Shown piece after piece: positions 40,683 through 56,835 of a stretch of 64,000 bases of DNA; position 1 is the stretch's first letter; each line of letters starts with the position of its first letter. Made by a program: the position numbers and the translations under genes. The notes under the pieces are model-generated. The model did not search any database, was not told the DNA's origin, and saw nothing but the letters and a program-made list of their open reading frames with translations. Location: the NCBI GenBank assembly GCA_000165425.1, contig CT868074.1, positions 124,001 through 188,000 on the forward strand, given 5' to 3'. Source of the stretch: Paramecium tetraurelia. Lineage: Eukaryota.

Positions 40683-43600
40683 TCAATATCGTTTTAGGAA
40701 TTGTTTTGGTATATTTGAAGGATTAATTTTATCTAAGATTTAATTGCTTCTTTCATTAACGAATTTAAATGGAAAAGTTAGTGATTATAATCCAACTTTT
40801 TCTCCTCCTGCTATAATTACTTAGGAAGGAAGTTTTAAGGTTTTTAACAAGGCAAATACCAGTGAATTTGAAAATTCTTAAACCCCTTTTTTTCCTCCTT
40901 TAACTAAACCTTCTTCAAATGGTCTTAGTAGTAAGCTTAAAGTTCCTTTAATTAAGTTTGTGACTGTTGAAAAGAATTCTAAACTATTTAATGCTCTACC
41001 AGCTATCATTAATTTAGACCCTAAGCTTGTTTATAATTATGTTATGACACAATTAATTACATCCTCAGGAGTCCCTCTAATTTAAGAATTAATATATTTG
41101 ATTGGTATTTGTAATTCTTAAAATGAACTAATTTTTAGTAACCGCTTTAAAAGATCGTCCATATAGAGTCCTTATGAGTCATATGAAAGATTAAAGCTTG
41201 TTTCAAAAATTTAAAGACTCTTCAACCAAATTTAAGTTGGTTTTTCGACAACGTTAAAAAATTGTATTTAATCTTCATAGAACGCTTTTTTTATCCAACT
41301 TTAACTGTTTTAGAAATTAAAAATAAATGATAATAAAGCCCCTGATAGGCAAATTCTCATTGGAACAATTGCAATAGATGCTGTGTAGGCTTAATTTTCT
41401 AAGATCAAAGCAACTTCTATTGGAAAGCAATCTGTGCAGAATGATTCTGTATCTGGACTCAATATGAGTTTAAATCTAGAATTTTAAATTTTATCCTCAA
41501 TTTCAAAATGAGATTGAAATTTAATTCCTGTTTATCCTTTAGCATATAGCTCGATCTATAAATTTATATTTGTAAAGTTCAAAGTAACAGTGTCTAATAC
41601 CTTTTCGTTAGGTTAATCTGCATATTTAACATGATTAAAGAGCTCATTCTCAAACTTAGTATTTTAACCTTAATCTGCATCAAAATAAAGTGGTAATTAG
41701 TAGAATGTGCGTCCTTCTTCCAAATGCAAAAGCATTTTTCCTATATTGATTTTTATTTTATTATCCATTTTTTCTCCTTCTATAAGAGGTTTTGAAAAAT
41801 CTTTTTAGATAAAATATTCATTTTTTGAAGCCTCAATAGGGATAGTTTATGGAATGTATGGTTGTAATTCTTCAATAATTTCCAAAATGGTTTAAATTAT
41901 ATCAAATCGAAAATTTCCCTTGATCAAATCTATTTATAGATTGTTTTCATAAAAGTTGAGTCTTTCAATAGATAGGAATTATGTGAACTAAAAGGCACTT
42001 AACTTGTTAAAGTAGCCTTCTAGAATTATTGGGCATTGAAATTCAAATCCATTTTACCTGCAAACATGCAGACTTAAATTTGATAATTACAATTTTTTCC
42101 TAAAAACCAAATCTTCGATTTTTATTAGAAGTCTGCTATTAGAAAACTCTTTTATAGTTTATAATCCTTTATTTGAGAGCTCTTCAACTTCATTAATCGG
42201 AAAAATATCCAAGTATATGTTTTCAATAATGCTGAATTCAATTTCCATATCTTACTATTGTTAGTTCGATTACACAGTTTTTTGGTTCTTTTCTGAAGTC
42301 TATTAAAAGTGTTAGAGTATTGGGTTTAACTTTTTTATTGAGGTAAAATTGAAATCTGGAATTCTAATGCAAATATTTTGAGTTGTAATTTTCACCTTTT
42401 TACCAAGTTACAATTTAAATATAAAATTATCAAAATCCACTTTAATCGGTTTTGAATATATTTTTTTAGATCCTGCAGAAACCAAATGTCTTTTACCTTC
42501 TGTTGTGCATATACCGTATAGCATAATCTAGGCAGCAGAATATTTGTTGAATTATTATTGCGGTTGAATTCTATTATATTTTACTGAAGGACATTAGACA
42601 TCTATCACTAATATATTTTGAATGAGTAAAATTAATTGTTTAGACGAAATTAGAGTAACTTTGTCCAAGTCAAATTATATTAAATCCTTATTTGAATGAT
42701 CTAAAACATTTATTGAGGATGACTCTATAGTTAACTAAATAAAAGTAATTGATTCTTCTATGATCTAGCGTTATGGTTTCTTTTTATTTATATTATTTTA
42801 TTGTTCTTCTAGATACTAATTTAATTAGATTAACCAATATAATAGATCTTAAGTGATCCTAACGTCTACTAAAGGAAGTGATCCTCTAATCAGAGTCTCA
42901 CTGTTTTATTATTTATGTTTAACAGAATCTTTTAATTCTTACTTGCCTTCTTTTTTTAAATCTTTCTTTTCTTAAAAGCTTATGTAAATTAATGGATGTA
43001 TTTGCAAATCTTCAACTACATTCTAACCCACAGTAACTATGTTTTATCCAGAAAATTCAATCCAAATTGAAAAAAATGTGATGCAAATGAATTATAATGG
43101 TTCTTCATTTTTAGGAATTCCTTCAAAAGGTTCTAAAATTCCTAATTTATGAGGGAATTTTTTGACTGGTAATTATTTGAGTCTAATTTCTTTGACTCTA
43201 AATGAGATGGGTTTGTTGTTTATAAAATAATTAAAATTGACATATGGGATTTTTATATCGAATCCAAACATACATGGCTTTTTAACCTCTGATACTGGTA
43301 ATTTCTAGACTTCACTTTGAGGTAGATATTATAAAAGTCTTAAGCATAATTCATGATTTAATGAACCTATAAAGTCTGATATCTACACATTTGCCATGTA
43401 AAACTTCTCTCTGTTTTTGCCATGATATATTTGAACTGATAATTCCAATGCCTTATTTAATTTACATTATTCCTACAATTTATCAAATATATAAACTGCA
43501 TATTCTTACTCAATCCTGCCACATTCTCCTAATCCCATCATTATCACAGGAGTAACATAAAATTAAAATTTTGGGTTATCCAAACAACTTTTAAACAATT

Positions 43601-45056
43601 CTTGACTTTACATAATATTGTATCCATTATTTTAATCAGCTCGAACTCTGTGAGCTCCTATGCTTTAAATTTAAAAGTTAAAATTATCTTTATAATAGCT
43701 TCCCTAGATCTTAATGATTTCAATGAAGAAATGAGTTTCAAGGTCTTAGAAGAATCTCCCCTTTAATTTCGGGAAACATTGTGAATTTTCACATACAGCA
43801 ATTCTAATACCATCAAACTAACATTTAAATGTTTCAACTTAATTCTTAACACTCTTTTTTCCAATATCTAATTGATCTTACGATGTATTAAAAATGCTTT
43901 AAGAAAACTCGATAAATTGTTTTTCTTGTTGTTAAGGAATAGGATGTTAGGCTAAGGACTACTATATGTTGTTGTTTAGAGTATCCATGTAGGATTAATT
44001 TGGAATCATTCTGAATGGGGTATTCTTTTTTTTTGTCCAAAATTAACTTTATGAATTTAACAGTGAAACATCTGTTTTTTCTAATTTTTATTAATCTTCT
44101 TCATCATCATCAAATTATACTAATGTTTCTCCTTTTAAATCTAGAATTATTCTGTTTAATTCATCAGTTAATGCTAAACATTTTTGAGCTGTGGATAGTA
44201 TATTTTAAATTTGATTCGAATTTAGTACTACATCTAAAGTTGATATCTTTCCATCTACTTTTGTATTGACTCTACCACATGTAGTTTCCACAATCATCTC
44301 TAGCTTTAGCGCATTTTCTATTAGGGCAATCTATTCATTTTGCAATTGTAACTCAATCTAATCTATCCCAAAGCTTATAAAAAGCAAATTACTATTTCTT
44401 AAATAGAAATATACTTTATATTTTGCTTCTGAAAATTAATGTTAGTATGATGAATATGGAATTCATATTGTTTTCCTCCCTCTGCTTATAAAACAATCTC
44501 AATGTTGTTTATGGTAATCGATGAATTACTCAATAAAGTATCTACCAATCCTAAAAATTGAATAAGACCTGTCTAAGGTCCCATAGATTTCTATAAATCT
44601 ATACTCTATTCGAATTCTGAATGTTTATAAACTTCTTCTCGTAACTGTGCCAATTAACTGAGTTTTTAGATTTCCTTCTCCTTCATCTCCTCAGTCTTAT
44701 CTAAATATTCCTTTAATTCATCTATATTGATCTCCTTCACAAGTGCAAAAACTAATCTCACTCCACTAGCCTCAAATTTTAAATTAGCAACTTTGATCTA
44801 CTCTTTAGAATAAGTTTCATAAATTACTTATGTAAGCCTCTTCGAGCTTGAAAAGACTTTAACCAAGGAGTTAATTAATGAATGTTTTGTTTAGTTTCAG
44901 CATCTCTACTCCTTTTAATAATGTGCCCATATTGAGTTATTTTGGATCTTCAAGATAATCCCCTAAGAAATTATCGAGAAGTAGTTGAAAAGTGTCAGAG
45001 AAACCATTAAGAAAATAATCAGAGACAGGCTTAAGCCACTCTTTGAATTTGTACAT
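40683..45056 (-). CDS. ATG2: ATG2-like bridge-type lipid transfer protein (VPS13/ATG2 superfamily), ~1450 aa
   Basis: Chorein-like N-terminus LLLDNFLGDYLED...KLNKTFINQLL; long beta-rich body with FEIEDKIQNSRFKLIL; amphipathic C-terminus LLLRPFEEGLVKGGKKGFQEF. Confidence 0.65.
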
Positions 45057-45169
45057 CCAAAAAAATTATATAATAAAAATCAAACAAGTTAGAATGTTTA
45101 AATGGCAAAAAGAACTCTGAAGCATTAAATATAATAAAAAGTATCTATTTCTTGATAAGAAAATACTCA

Positions 45170-48100
45170 TCAACCTTTGAGTTAATCGATTTTGTTACTA
45201 ATTTATACTAATTTATCATCTAGTGTCTACTTAAAATTAGAGAATTCCTAATGTTTCAATCAATATAGTTACCTCTTATTCTTCTTCTTCGTCAGGTATA
45301 GAGAGTGATTTATTTATTGGAAACCAATTGATACTCTCTCTTTTCAAATCTGAATCTACATAACTTTCAATCCCATTATAATCTGATTTCTTTTTATCTT
45401 ATAAATAGGAAATGTAAAAAATGTAATTCCAAACACAATGCTCATATTTAACATGAAATCTAAATCCCTTTTTGTGTTTGGCCTTCTTCTCTAAAGTACC
45501 ACTATCTATCCCACAAATCAAACAGTATCCTTTAATATCATTATCAAGTTCTTCAGCCTCCTCTCTCAACACCCCAAATGAATCTATGATGATACCAGTA
45601 ATTATTGAGTATAATAAACTAATAACAACAAAGACATAAACGAATTCCCAAAAGTTGAGGATACTATATCTATAATTTTCATCTGCATAGTCATCACTAG
45701 TTGCAATATAACCAACAGAACCACCATCCGTCTTGAATGTGGCATCCAATATGAATGAGAAACATTATAGAAAGTTTTAACAATACGGGTAATATTCTTC
45801 TGAATAATAATAATAAACGATGAGAGAATAATAATATTACATTATTATATACAAGGATAGCACCAATAGTATCGATCCACTAGGTCTCCAAATTGCCTAA
45901 TTTATTAATTAATCATTTACATTCACAATTGATGTCAGAGTTGGGAATCGCCAAAATACATCCAAAAGTAATAAAGCCAAAACTACATTGTAATACAATC
46001 CAATAAAGGCTAAAGTTGTAAATATTAAGAAGTAAATCATTTCATAGTCCAGGAGTATAATCCTATATAATGTTAAGGAATCTGTTATATTAAAATAAAG
46101 TCTTCGCCATTTATTCTATTCCAATAGAAATGAATCTGTCTTCTCTAAAACAAAGTCCTCTTGTAGCACTATACTTTGAGAATTATCCAAATATTTATAT
46201 TTTATTTCTCTCTTTCTAATTCTATTTATCTATTTATCAAATACAATCTCCTATGATTTAATTCTTAGATAAGGTAATTTTTTCACAATAAATATAAAAA
46301 AACATAAGAATTGCAAAATTATTTATGTAATCGTTAATCCAAATAAAATATCTCCAAATATTTTCTCTAAATTTGTGTCACTTGAGAACAGGATCATTAG
46401 ATTCTCTAACACTATTACTAAAAATATTATTTATTTCCATAATTTCTAATTGCTGGCCAACAAATTAATTATGAAATTCCTTTTATACAAAGCCTGAAAT
46501 TTATATTCTGTTTTTAGTTTCTAAATTATATGAGATGAATTTGACAACACTGATTCAACTTTCCTTTATTAAGATAACCTATCAATATCAGATGCAAATT
46601 TCTCTTTAATTACATTATTAAGAGAAAAACAATGAGGCACAAGTGGAAACATCACTTTTTTTAGTTACTTTGATGATAACAATATTTCAATTGACCCTGT
46701 TCTAGTCGCAAAAAATCTCAAAGCTCGATAACCAAGTTTCTTTTATTAAGCTTCCTGTTCTTCTGGAGCTTTCTTTAATTTATATGGATTAAATATCTTG
46801 TCACTCAACTGGGTACTTTCTTATAATTACTTAATATTTCTAAAAAGTAATAATTAAAACTTACTTTGTTAATTATGATGCTGAAAATATTGCCTTATAA
46901 AGATTATAAAAGATAATAGATTTATATTTCTTTTTTTATATTTTTGTATTGTCTATTTATTCGTATATTCTCTCTAAAACATCCTAGTCTTTCATCTAAT
47001 ATACTTAGGCCAAAAGATTAAATAAAGAAAACCCTATCTCTATGATAAATGAATCCCAAAAATCCTTTGCAGCTAACTCGGTAGTCACTTCCTATTCTAC
47101 TTAGTACTACTAAGTGTTATCAACCTCTATTTAAACCTTGCTTTTTTATTGGTTTTTCTTCTTCTCTTTCTCTTATTCACTACTTTTTGTATCCTCCCCT
47201 AATAAATGAGAAAATACAAGATTAGTGTAATTCTTGCCTGTTTCATGTAAAATTTTATATTTTTCATATTGAATTGTAATATTATGAATTAGTATTTTCT
47301 CATTAATGAACATTGAAATTCTCTTTAAGATATCTGATTCATTTTATTCATTATCAGTTAATGACTCCAATGTTGTTGCACACCTATACTTGATTTCAGA
47401 TAGCATAGACAATCTATAATTAAGTGGATTGCTTTTTCTAAATGAAGTGACCAATTATTTACAATAAAGTGAAGATTTGATATAATATTATATAACTTCT
47501 TACTAAATAATTGTTTTATCTTGTTTATTATTATTCTTTTTTAATTACTCTAAGGTTTACAACCTCGATCGTATTTTATCTTAATTCTATTGAGCTTAAT
47601 CTATTTTATTGAATCTCTAATACAAACTTAAGAATTTAATTTAAGAGTCGTCAAATCCCAATAATTTAGCACATAATCTTAAAAATTAAGGTTAGCATAG
47701 TTTTTCTTAGTTTTGAGGACAAGGTCCTTAGATATTTTCTTTAAGGCAATCAAAACAGTTTAATATCAAAATATAATCGTCTTGACTTAAAGACTGAAAG
47801 GATTCCTAATTGAAAAAATTCAATAAAATATTCATCAGATGTTAGATGATGTCATAGTTCTAGGCAAATCCTTTTTATTCTCTAAAGAAATCCTAGAATG
47901 GTCTAAAATGATCCTCGGCTAATAGTTGAAGTAATTTCATTTACACTTGCAAAATACCTAATTTCATGACATTCTGTTTCTTTTCTAATCGATGGATTTC
48001 ATTAAATTCATATGCAAAATACACTCTATTAATATCATGTAAGATTAGAGATCGTAATCGTAATGTTTCATCTTATTACTAATGTCTTTCAAAAATATTG

Positions 48101-51100
48101 GAGAATATCCTTAACAACTAATTACTTTTAGTTTTCAATATTTCATGCATAAGTTTTTATTAAGCAAACTAATTAGCAGATTCAATCCCTCGAACTATTC
48201 TTATTGAAGTCAATAAAAATTAATATAATAATATTTCTTTCTTTTTTTTATTTATTACTTGCAATTCTGATTATTGAACAATTTTTATTTTTTCATATTA
48301 ATTACAGAATTATATAAAGATTTCAAAGAACCCTTAATTAACAAGTAAATTCTATAAAGCCTTAAGAGCTTTGATTTGGAGTATCTACTCACTTTTAGAA
48401 TGATACTTCCCTTTTTTATTCAATTCATAAACAAAAACAGTATAACTGTAATCCTCCCTAAGGTAGGTATGTATATCCAACAAGTGCCAAAGAAATTTTA
48501 ATATTTTTTTGATGAACTTATAATTTTTATTTAAATTTTTCATGCTAGATTATAAACAATTAATCAAAGGAGCAATAACCTTTGGAAAGTTTTCATTTAT
48601 GATTTCAAAGTCTTCATTCATAAGTAATTATAGTTTGTAGATTTAAAAGTACATTTCAAAATTTTCAATAGCCAAGATACGTTCATTTAGGAATAAACTA
48701 TTAATTTATTTGTCTATAATTTTATTTTCTGATGTGTTCTTTAAGAGAACCAACTCATGAATTCTTTTATCATGTTTATATATTGGAGAACAATATGGAT
48801 CTAGTACTTGATTGTTTAACTTTTCTCCAATTTAATCTAGGTCATAATGTTGAAATTCCAGTTTTCTTAGAAAGAGTATTTTCAATTGTTATGATTTTTC
48901 TATTAAAAAATGGCCCAACTCTAATATTTCCCATTTGGATAAATTAAGCTTCAAATACTCTTCTATTGATTTTAAAAATGAATCAACTTTGACTTTTAAA
49001 TTATTAAAAGGTTTTAATTTTACACTTTGACTCATATCATTTACAATGCTCTCAGCAAAAGCTTAAGAAGTACTCATTTGTCTTACAAAAGATTAAGATG
49101 CTCTGTTTCCGGTTTTAGATTATGCCTAATCTTCTATATTCTCTATTTGTTCTTATATTAGTTATGCTAAGTTAAGAAACAAGTTGAGTAAGAGTATGGC
49201 ATAATTATTAAAATACAGACAATCAAAGTTATGTTGTAATTCAAAGCAAACCATTTATTTTTAACATTCTGATAATTTATCTTTTTCCTTTTACTCAGTA
49301 TCACTCTCATTCTCTGATCCAGATTAAATTTATTAAAACAATTACTAATTAGCTTTCTACTTCTTTTGTAATTTAAATTAAAAACTGGAATTTATGTAAT
49401 CATATTTCTTTTGAATATCATTTGTAGATTTAATTTCATGATCTAGAACAACAACTTTATTTTCAAATACCTTCATTTCTTTCGCTATAAACTAAAAAAT
49501 ATTTTATTGGATTTCATCTTCATATTTAACAATATCCTTATAATTTAGTAATTCATTGAATAGTTTGATAAACTGGGTTTTTAAAATCGTATTTAATATG
49601 GCAAGGTTTAGATCTTCAAAGGTTGGTCTGAATATATCTTTTAATTAAATGCAATATTTAATTATCTATTATAAAGGAAAAACATCAGCTAGTACTTTAC
49701 AACCTTGAGGATTAGAAAATTTGAGTAAATATAAAATAAACTGAATTCCTTATATTTAGAATATAAACGGAAGATTGCCAATTTATAATTACTTCTAAAA
49801 GGTTTAAAACTTGTTTTATGAAAGTATCTTCTCTAGAAGAGTATCTTAAAATCCTAATTGCTATTTAAATTTTTTTGAATTCTAAATTTGTTAAATAATT
49901 TCAAACAAATTTCTTGTACTTGATACATTTTGTTGGATGACTAAAGATTGTAACACCTTTAACGATCCTAAATTTTAATTATCTAATAAGAGATAAATAA
50001 TTCTGCTGCTTGCTGACTCAATATTTTCATATGATTCAGAGTATATTTCTTGAAGTAAATCATACTGTCCTAAATCGATACATTTTAAAAAGTCATCAAA
50101 TTAATTAAATTTGCTTAGAACTCTCAATTTATTGGAATGATTTCCAATGCATTGCTATTTTAGAATAATAAAAGATTATGTGCAAAATTACAGTATTTAT
50201 TCCTCTTCATTGTTGAGCTCTAAATTATATCTGTTCTCATTGTTGCTTTTTATATATTTTTAAGTAATGAAATAACAAATTTGTTAGTAACTTTCAAGGA
50301 AATCAAGAAGAATATAATCAAAATTTAGTATTCTCAATATTTTTTATATGAGTAGTAAATTGTCTGAATTTATCAATTACTTATTTAGATTGATTAGTGA
50401 ATTAATGCAATTTTAATATAATTGATATTTTCCATCAGCACTCTCTAATTCTTTCAATTACAAAATCAATTATTTTATTAATTAGTAATACGACAATTCA
50501 TTCTATTTTTCCAAAAATAAACATTTTTATAATCTCTTTATAATATTTCGTTTAGGTTAATAAAGAGATTCCATCAAATTAAAAGCCTTTAATTATGTTT
50601 CACTCTAAGATTGTTTATGCTTTAGTAATAGAAAGGTATTCTCTTTTATCATTTCATAACGAGTATAATTATACTGTTATGAGAAGTCTAGATAATCAAA
50701 TTCTTAAGATGATTTTATAATTGAAGTTAAAATTTTAGTCTCTTTTTATTGAAAATAGAGTTACAAAAAATCAATTAAAATAATGGACATTTAATTAAAA
50801 ATTTCCTTTGATTCCTAAAATTGTTAATACTATTGAATCTACTCCTATGAGGGTTGATTTTATTCTAGTGATTGAGGTAATAAGGTATAGGCCTGAATCA
50901 ACAAATTGACATCAAAGTATTGTTCATGAAATTTCTTGTTTTAAGGTAGATTGAAAGTGTACAATTTATAGAACATCTAGAGGGTCTTGCAAACACTAAG
51001 ACTGAGATTAATTTAGTTATCTTAAATTAAATTTAATTTAACAAGTTCCTAAGTAATAGTAAGTAATGTTTCAATAGCTTTAGTATCATTTATTGTGAAT

Positions 51101-53611
51101 TATCTTGTTAGCTATTTCAGCTAAGGTTTGCTTTTTACTTCTTACATTTCTATTTAATTTTATTCAGCATTAAATCCATTATATTATAATCCATACAATT
51201 TATTCAGATTGAATATTAGTTTAGGAATTTACTTTGGTTGATAAGGATAACAATCAACATATAAATTCATTAAAATGATAATTAATCTGCATCTTAATGA
51301 TTCTGTATTTCCAGAATAACTTATATAATTAATTAAAATCTTCTAAGGTAATTTAGTCCTATAAAACTAAATGTTTTCATAATTCCTCTCTTAACATAGC
51401 AATCCTATGAGGTTCAATTGAGAGTCAAGGAAATTCTTACATTCAATAATGTCTTCCATAAAATCTTTATTAACCTTACTACACTAAACATATATTTCAT
51501 TTAATTCATACAATTTCTCATCAATTTAGACATAGAGTAGATTATCTTCTTTGATAACAAATTATAATAAAATTTTTGGAGCCTAAATTATATATTTACC
51601 AATATTAATTTAATTATTGAAACAGGCTTTATCATTTTATAAACATAGAACACTTAATATCTTCATAATATTACCCCAAAATCTCTTGTTTAGGATTTAC
51701 AGACAATAATTTGCTCTTTCAAAAATTTCATCAATAAAAGTTTAAGATTTTATTTAATTCTATTATTTTGTTAGAATTGTATTGATCCTTGTAGAGCGTT
51801 TGATTAGGGATACATCAAACTCTTTTTCAGCTTCTCCAATAAAAGGCATGATGCCTGCAACTGGTATTAAATTTTAATTGTTTTCAAATAATCGAATTAA
51901 GCAATAGAATGCTCCAATGTTGTATCCTAAATATTATTTTAATTTAAAATAGGCCAAAAATACTATTTAACTATTTTAATCATTTTTGGAACTGAAAGTT
52001 TCAAAAAAGAGGAAAATTTGGTTTAGTATATTATCTAATTAAATTAGGAATTGTAGGTTTTGATCTTCAAATGGTATATTATTATTAAAGGCAATTTTAT
52101 TTTTTTCTATGATTTAAGTATATTCATATTGCCATTTAACTATTTCTATAAATTCAATGAGAGATTAAACTATGACCTTTTTTCTTAATAAATCCTAATT
52201 ATATTAATTCATCTTCAAATAATAGATAGCATTTCTATCAATGATCTTGGGCTTCTTCTCTTCATCAGCAACACAAAAAAGAGTTAGGTCATTCAAAGCA
52301 ATTTCTAATTACTATAATTGAAAGAAGAGGGCATTAAATTTTCCTTCATTTATTGATTAATTCTTAATTAATAAATTAATTTCATCAAAGTGTAACTAAT
52401 AGGTTAGGTTTATTTCGTAAATTAATTTAACTACATTGTCTAGCCAATGCTGATGGATTAAATCTATATTAGAAATCTAATCAAATTGTAATAAGTCTGG
52501 TTTATACTTTTTTGAATGATAATCAACTAATAATTTATCTTAAATTTAATTAAAATTATTTTCATTAAAAATCTTATAACTTAAATATTGATTATTCCAG
52601 AGAATATAAAATAGTTTATTGTTAATAGTATCTTCTTCAATAAATGAATAGAGTGAGGCCTCTTAATAATCAGAGCAAATTTTATCTCCACTCATATAAA
52701 AATTACCAGACAAATTTTACAGATAAAATTAATCTCCTTGTTTAATCTGTTGATTAATTTTCTAAGGATGATACAGTTTCCAAATATCATAAAGCAATAA
52801 ATCTATGTTCTATTGGTTTCTTTCCGCAGATCTCCAACAGACTGTTTTGTTTTTAGAAAAAATGCGTTAATATTGCGTTTACACATCAGTCATGTGTAAA
52901 TTGTTATTATGAGGGTTCTATTGAATATTTTCATAAGTAGTCAACTCTAAATAGGAATCACTCTCTATTTATTTAATTTTAATGAGACTACCATAGCAAA
53001 AAGAAGTAGATTAATTATCTTTGAGATGCTTTTTGAATTTAAATGTAGTCTACTTAGATGCTTAGACTATGAAATCGGATGATTGTTGCCTGCATTCATT
53101 GATATTTACATATAAATCTGATTATTATTCTAAATTTTACAATGAAATATTTTCAGGAGAAAACATCAAAAATATATCATCATCAAAAGAAACTTTATTG
53201 GAATTCTTTAATATTAAAGATCGATTACTTGAATTTATGATTTATAGCAAGGTTATATTCTGAATAGTGTTGTTCTATCAATGACATTGGTTAGAGAGAG
53301 TATACTTTTGTCATTATGCACAATAACACAAATATATTTATTCGATTTAGATAGTTGTATTACAATATCTTATGAATATTGGATAACTTCCTATTCATTG
53401 AGTACCTGGATATCATCGTTATCAAATGAAACTGGAAAGATATGAAAAATCATATTATCTATTTGCAATTACGATCTAAGTATATTTTTTTGATGAACTT
53501 AAGGTGAATGAAAGGTGGGTAAAACCCATTCGAACTCAGGAACATGTCATTACATTAGATAAGGATATCATCATTCGAACATACTGAGGTGAATTGAATA
53601 TTATACTCCAT
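45170..53611 (-). CDS. Inositol 1,4,5-trisphosphate/ryanodine receptor-type Ca2+ release channel (~2800 aa)
   Basis: 8.4-kb frame with TGSIEILL/VMFP, a 6-TM block, pore DATFKTDGGSVGYI, IITGIIIDSFGVLREE and the Zn-finger tail CLICG...HVKYEHCVWNYIFYISYL...DYNGIESYV. Confidence 0.93.
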
Positions 53612-53639
53612 GTTTTATAATTAATAATTTAATTTATAA

Positions 53640-53790
53640 ATGATCAGGGGATATGTTATACTCTTTTCACGACGAAGAAAAGTAAACCGAGAACTATATT
53701 GCGATTTAAGAGTCATGATGTATTTTGATTCCACAAAAAACAAATAAATATAATAATAATATATATAAATTACACCCCGAAAGGTGAAAC
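53640..53790. other. CpG/GC-enriched, hairpin-forming element in the divergent ITPR/LMBRD2 spacer (candidate ncRNA or regulatory element)
   Basis: Nested stems GATATGTT/AACTATATT and CTTTTC-acgacgaa-GAAAAG, plus a small hairpin CACC-ccgaaa-GGTG at ~53773-53786. Confidence 0.3.
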
Positions 53791-53848
53791 AACCCAAAAG
53801 AATTAATTTATAATTTATATATCAATACATTTTATTATTTTATAATAA

Positions 53849-55577
53849 ATGTTTACATTAAGTTTGATAGAAGGATTACTATTACTGATATACGTAGGAA
53901 TATTAGTACATGAATACTCACAGTAATAAGTACCCTTTTATGTTAAATTATTAACGTATACATCGTGGATATTATCGTTTGGGATTGTTTTTATAATTCC
54001 GCATGATATCTATTATACCTTAAATGATAATGGGGAGGGATATGATTATGCAGTGATTATTTGGAAGTGGATCTATTGGGGTAATTTTGTGTTGAGTTGG
54101 TGAGATAAATATATATAAATGGTTTTAGGTTAATTTTACCAATATGTTAGGAATACGAAGATGCAGGAGAAGTAACATTTAAGGAGAAGTTGATAAGATC
54201 TTGTAAAAACAATCTAATCGCATATGCATATTTGATAGTCTTGGGAGTAATTTTTATAGGGTATTTGGCAATATTCAATAAATTGGATTTTGATTCAATT
54301 TTGAAATTGTTAGTTGCATTGGCTTACGGATTGTATGAGTAGTTTTTAATAAAAGTGGCATCCTCTTGGTAGTTATTTTGTTGGGACATGGTTTAGTCGC
54401 AATACCACGGGCATATTGGAGAAAGTCATAATATGAAAAGTGTTTGAGAGGATTGTATTTGGAGGCAGCTTAAATAAATCATGCCATATAAGAATTATAT
54501 GATCAATTGATAAATTTGACTATTGAAGTGATTTAACACAAGAATACTAATCCAGATTTAACATGTACATATTGAAATTGAATCAAGTCCATCTGTTCAA
54601 AAATGGTTAGATTCCTTATGAGATCATAGAGGAAGCACAATATAAGTATAAGGAGAGGAGTAGGAAGTTGGAACCATGGCCAGAAGTCAATAAGAGAGTA
54701 AAGAAGAAAGTCTCAGAATATAAGAGAGCCAAAACAAAATGGGAACACGTATGTTCTGAGTGTTTTCTTTTGGAAGACATGATCGATAATGAATTTAGTG
54801 TTCATTATAAGATTAGATCAACTCTAAGGTATGAGAGGTCTGGATTTATGGGACATTATTTGGACATGTTTTAATGGTTATGGTACACAAAAATAAAGAA
54901 GGCGTATTTATTATCTTTGAGTGTGATATTTTGGATTTTATCAAGCATCGTCATATTATCAGAGATCTCCTGTTTTACTTAATTTGATGTGAATATACTG
55001 AGGAGAATGATAAATATGAATGGATTCTTTTAAATTTAGATATCTATTTTGATACCTTTGATGTACATATCGTTTTGTGCGTTTTATGGGTTGTTTCATA
55101 TCAACTTTGCAGGTATGTATGCATTTTATAATCATTAATAAACTGATGCTCCAAGTTTATTGTTCGGATCAATGTAAGAATGTTATTTTAATGGTTAGCA
55201 ATTTTTCAAGAGTTTCATTTCCTCTTACTTTTAATTTTTTGTAGATGATACAGATATCAGGCACTCCTTTTGAGGATGTTATAGGTAATATGGATACAAG
55301 TTCAGTGTTGGGGATGTCATTTTCCTATTCTTTGCCTATATTATTGATATTGGCATCAGTTTTCAATTTTTTTGAAGTTTATGACAAAATTCTTTAAGGG
55401 ATAGGGTTGCCTTAGTTGAAGTTTTCGTAGGTTCAATTCAGTAGTCAGGAAGGGGAGAGATTGATGTGTAGAGCGAGAGTAAAGAGGGAAAGAGATATAT
55501 TGAATAAAGTTGGTATAAATTTTTGGGATCAATGTGAAATGCGGGAATTGGATTGCTAAATGATTTAAATTGTCTGA
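53849..55577 (+). CDS. LMBR1-like membrane protein (LMBRD2 type)
   Basis: SWILSFGIVFIIPHDI, IWKWIYWGNFVLSW|LILPICQEYEDAGE, LLGHGLVAIPR, HQQTDAPSLLF, RVSFPLTFNFLQM; several tiny introns. Confidence 0.92.
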
Positions 55578-55586
55578 TATTTATTT

Positions 55587-56797
<1,211 letters not shown>

Positions 56798-56835
56798 TAA
56801 TTAATTTATATATAAATAGATAAATTCAAATTAAT

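Noticed and set aside
53770..53800. CAACCCAAA as a telomerase RNA template or telomere seed
   Set aside because: It has only three Cs where the Paramecium template has CAACCCC, lacks the upstream UGUCA boundary element, and the downstream sequence is unstructured AT; there are no tandem telomeric repeats.
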